Shown: one piece after another, positions 63,534 to 64,000 of the stretch
Layout of the letters: every line of letters starts with the position of its first letter
How positions within the stretch are numbered: position 1 is the first letter of the stretch
Assembly (NCBI GenBank): GCA_965153455.1
Contig: OZ234493.1
Coordinates: 23,054,213-23,118,212, forward strand
Length of the DNA stretch: 64,000 nucleotides
Origin: Sphagnum compactum
Lineage: Eukaryota
Direction of reading: 5' to 3'
The notes under the pieces: generated by a model
The model's input: the letters and a program-made list of their open reading frames with translations, nothing else
Databases searched by the model: none
Told to the model about the DNA's origin: nothing
Position numbers and translations under genes: made by a program

Positions 63534-63778
63534 CACTGCTGTTTCTTCCTTGGAATTTGCCTTCTTTGCCTTCGCTGTGCAACACACACTTACACGCACA
63601 CGCAAAGGAGAGGAGGAGGAGGAGGAGAGCTCTTCCTTCGCGTTGGTCTTATTAGGGTTATTCGAGCTTCAAACCCTAAAAACGCTAAAACCCTAGCCGG
63701 TGCATGCAACGTCGTCCTAGGATATTTGTGTTGACGGAGGACGGGAAGTGCAGGAGTGAGACTCGCGGGCTGGTTACA
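63534..63778. promoter_or_regulatory. Bidirectional promoter/5' UTR region with telo-boxes
   Basis: 245 bp between divergent ATGs; AAACCCTA at 63671 and 63688, TAGGGTT at 63653. Confidence 0.75.
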
Positions 63779-64000
63779 ATGGCCATTGCACCGAAGACCA
63801 TGCTGGTACTGCGGCGAGCTATGGCCACGGCATCAGAAGCCACTGCTGTCCAGGCTGCCTCGAAGAAACCAGGGGAAGGACATCCCAAGAGGAAGAACTT
63901 GTTTGACGTGGTGAAGGTGCTTCCGAACTGGGGCTTAGGCAGCAGGGTTGCCAAATCGCATTGGAATCCAGAGACATTCTACAAAATCACCGAGATCAAA
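63779..64000 (+). CDS. MRPS34: Mitochondrial small-subunit ribosomal protein mS34, 5' part (runs off the window)
   Basis: ATG at 63779, open to the window end: MAIAPKTMLVLRRAMATASEATAVQAASKKPGEGHPKRKNLFDVVKVLPNWGLGSRVAKSHWNPETFYKITEIK. Presequence-like N-terminus, then the KNLF..LPNWG.G....K.HW....Y.IT motif I recognise from plant mS34. Confidence 0.85.
   Translation, partial: MAIAPKTMLVLRRAMATASEATAVQAASKKPGEGHPKRKNLFDVVKVLPNWGLGSRVAKSHWNPETFYKITEIK

Overview
Nuclear genomic DNA from a land plant: AT-rich, GT-AG introns, TTTAGGG/telo-box motifs and plant DNA transposons. Protein style and repeat landscape suggest a moss such as Sphagnum (inference only). Bases 1-52000 have no intact gene I can identify. 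They are a patchwork of MITEs and eroded DNA transposons (a 3.8 kb hAT, a 2.1 kb PIF/Harbinger, a young 314 bp Mutator deletion derivative, CACTA-type MITEs, an unclassified 2.3 kb TIR element) around one intron-containing TPR3-like pseudogene (- strand, ~25.5-28.5 kb). The last 11 kb holds a two-exon GT-2-clade trihelix transcription factor (+, 53101-55866), a 15-exon WDR55 gene (-, 59666-63533) and the start of a mitoribosomal mS34 gene (+, from 63779), the last two sharing a 245 bp divergent promoter. The most unusual items are a five-copy ~330 bp repeat with Helitron2/Helentron (DINE-1-like) termini, two copies of which form a ~665 bp fold-back; an orphan copy of TPR exon 2 30 kb from the pseudogene; a duplicated in-frame 'poison' splice acceptor in WDR55; and a minisatellite on the pseudogene's promoter. 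I found no CRISPR array, RNA gene or clearly new multi-gene system.
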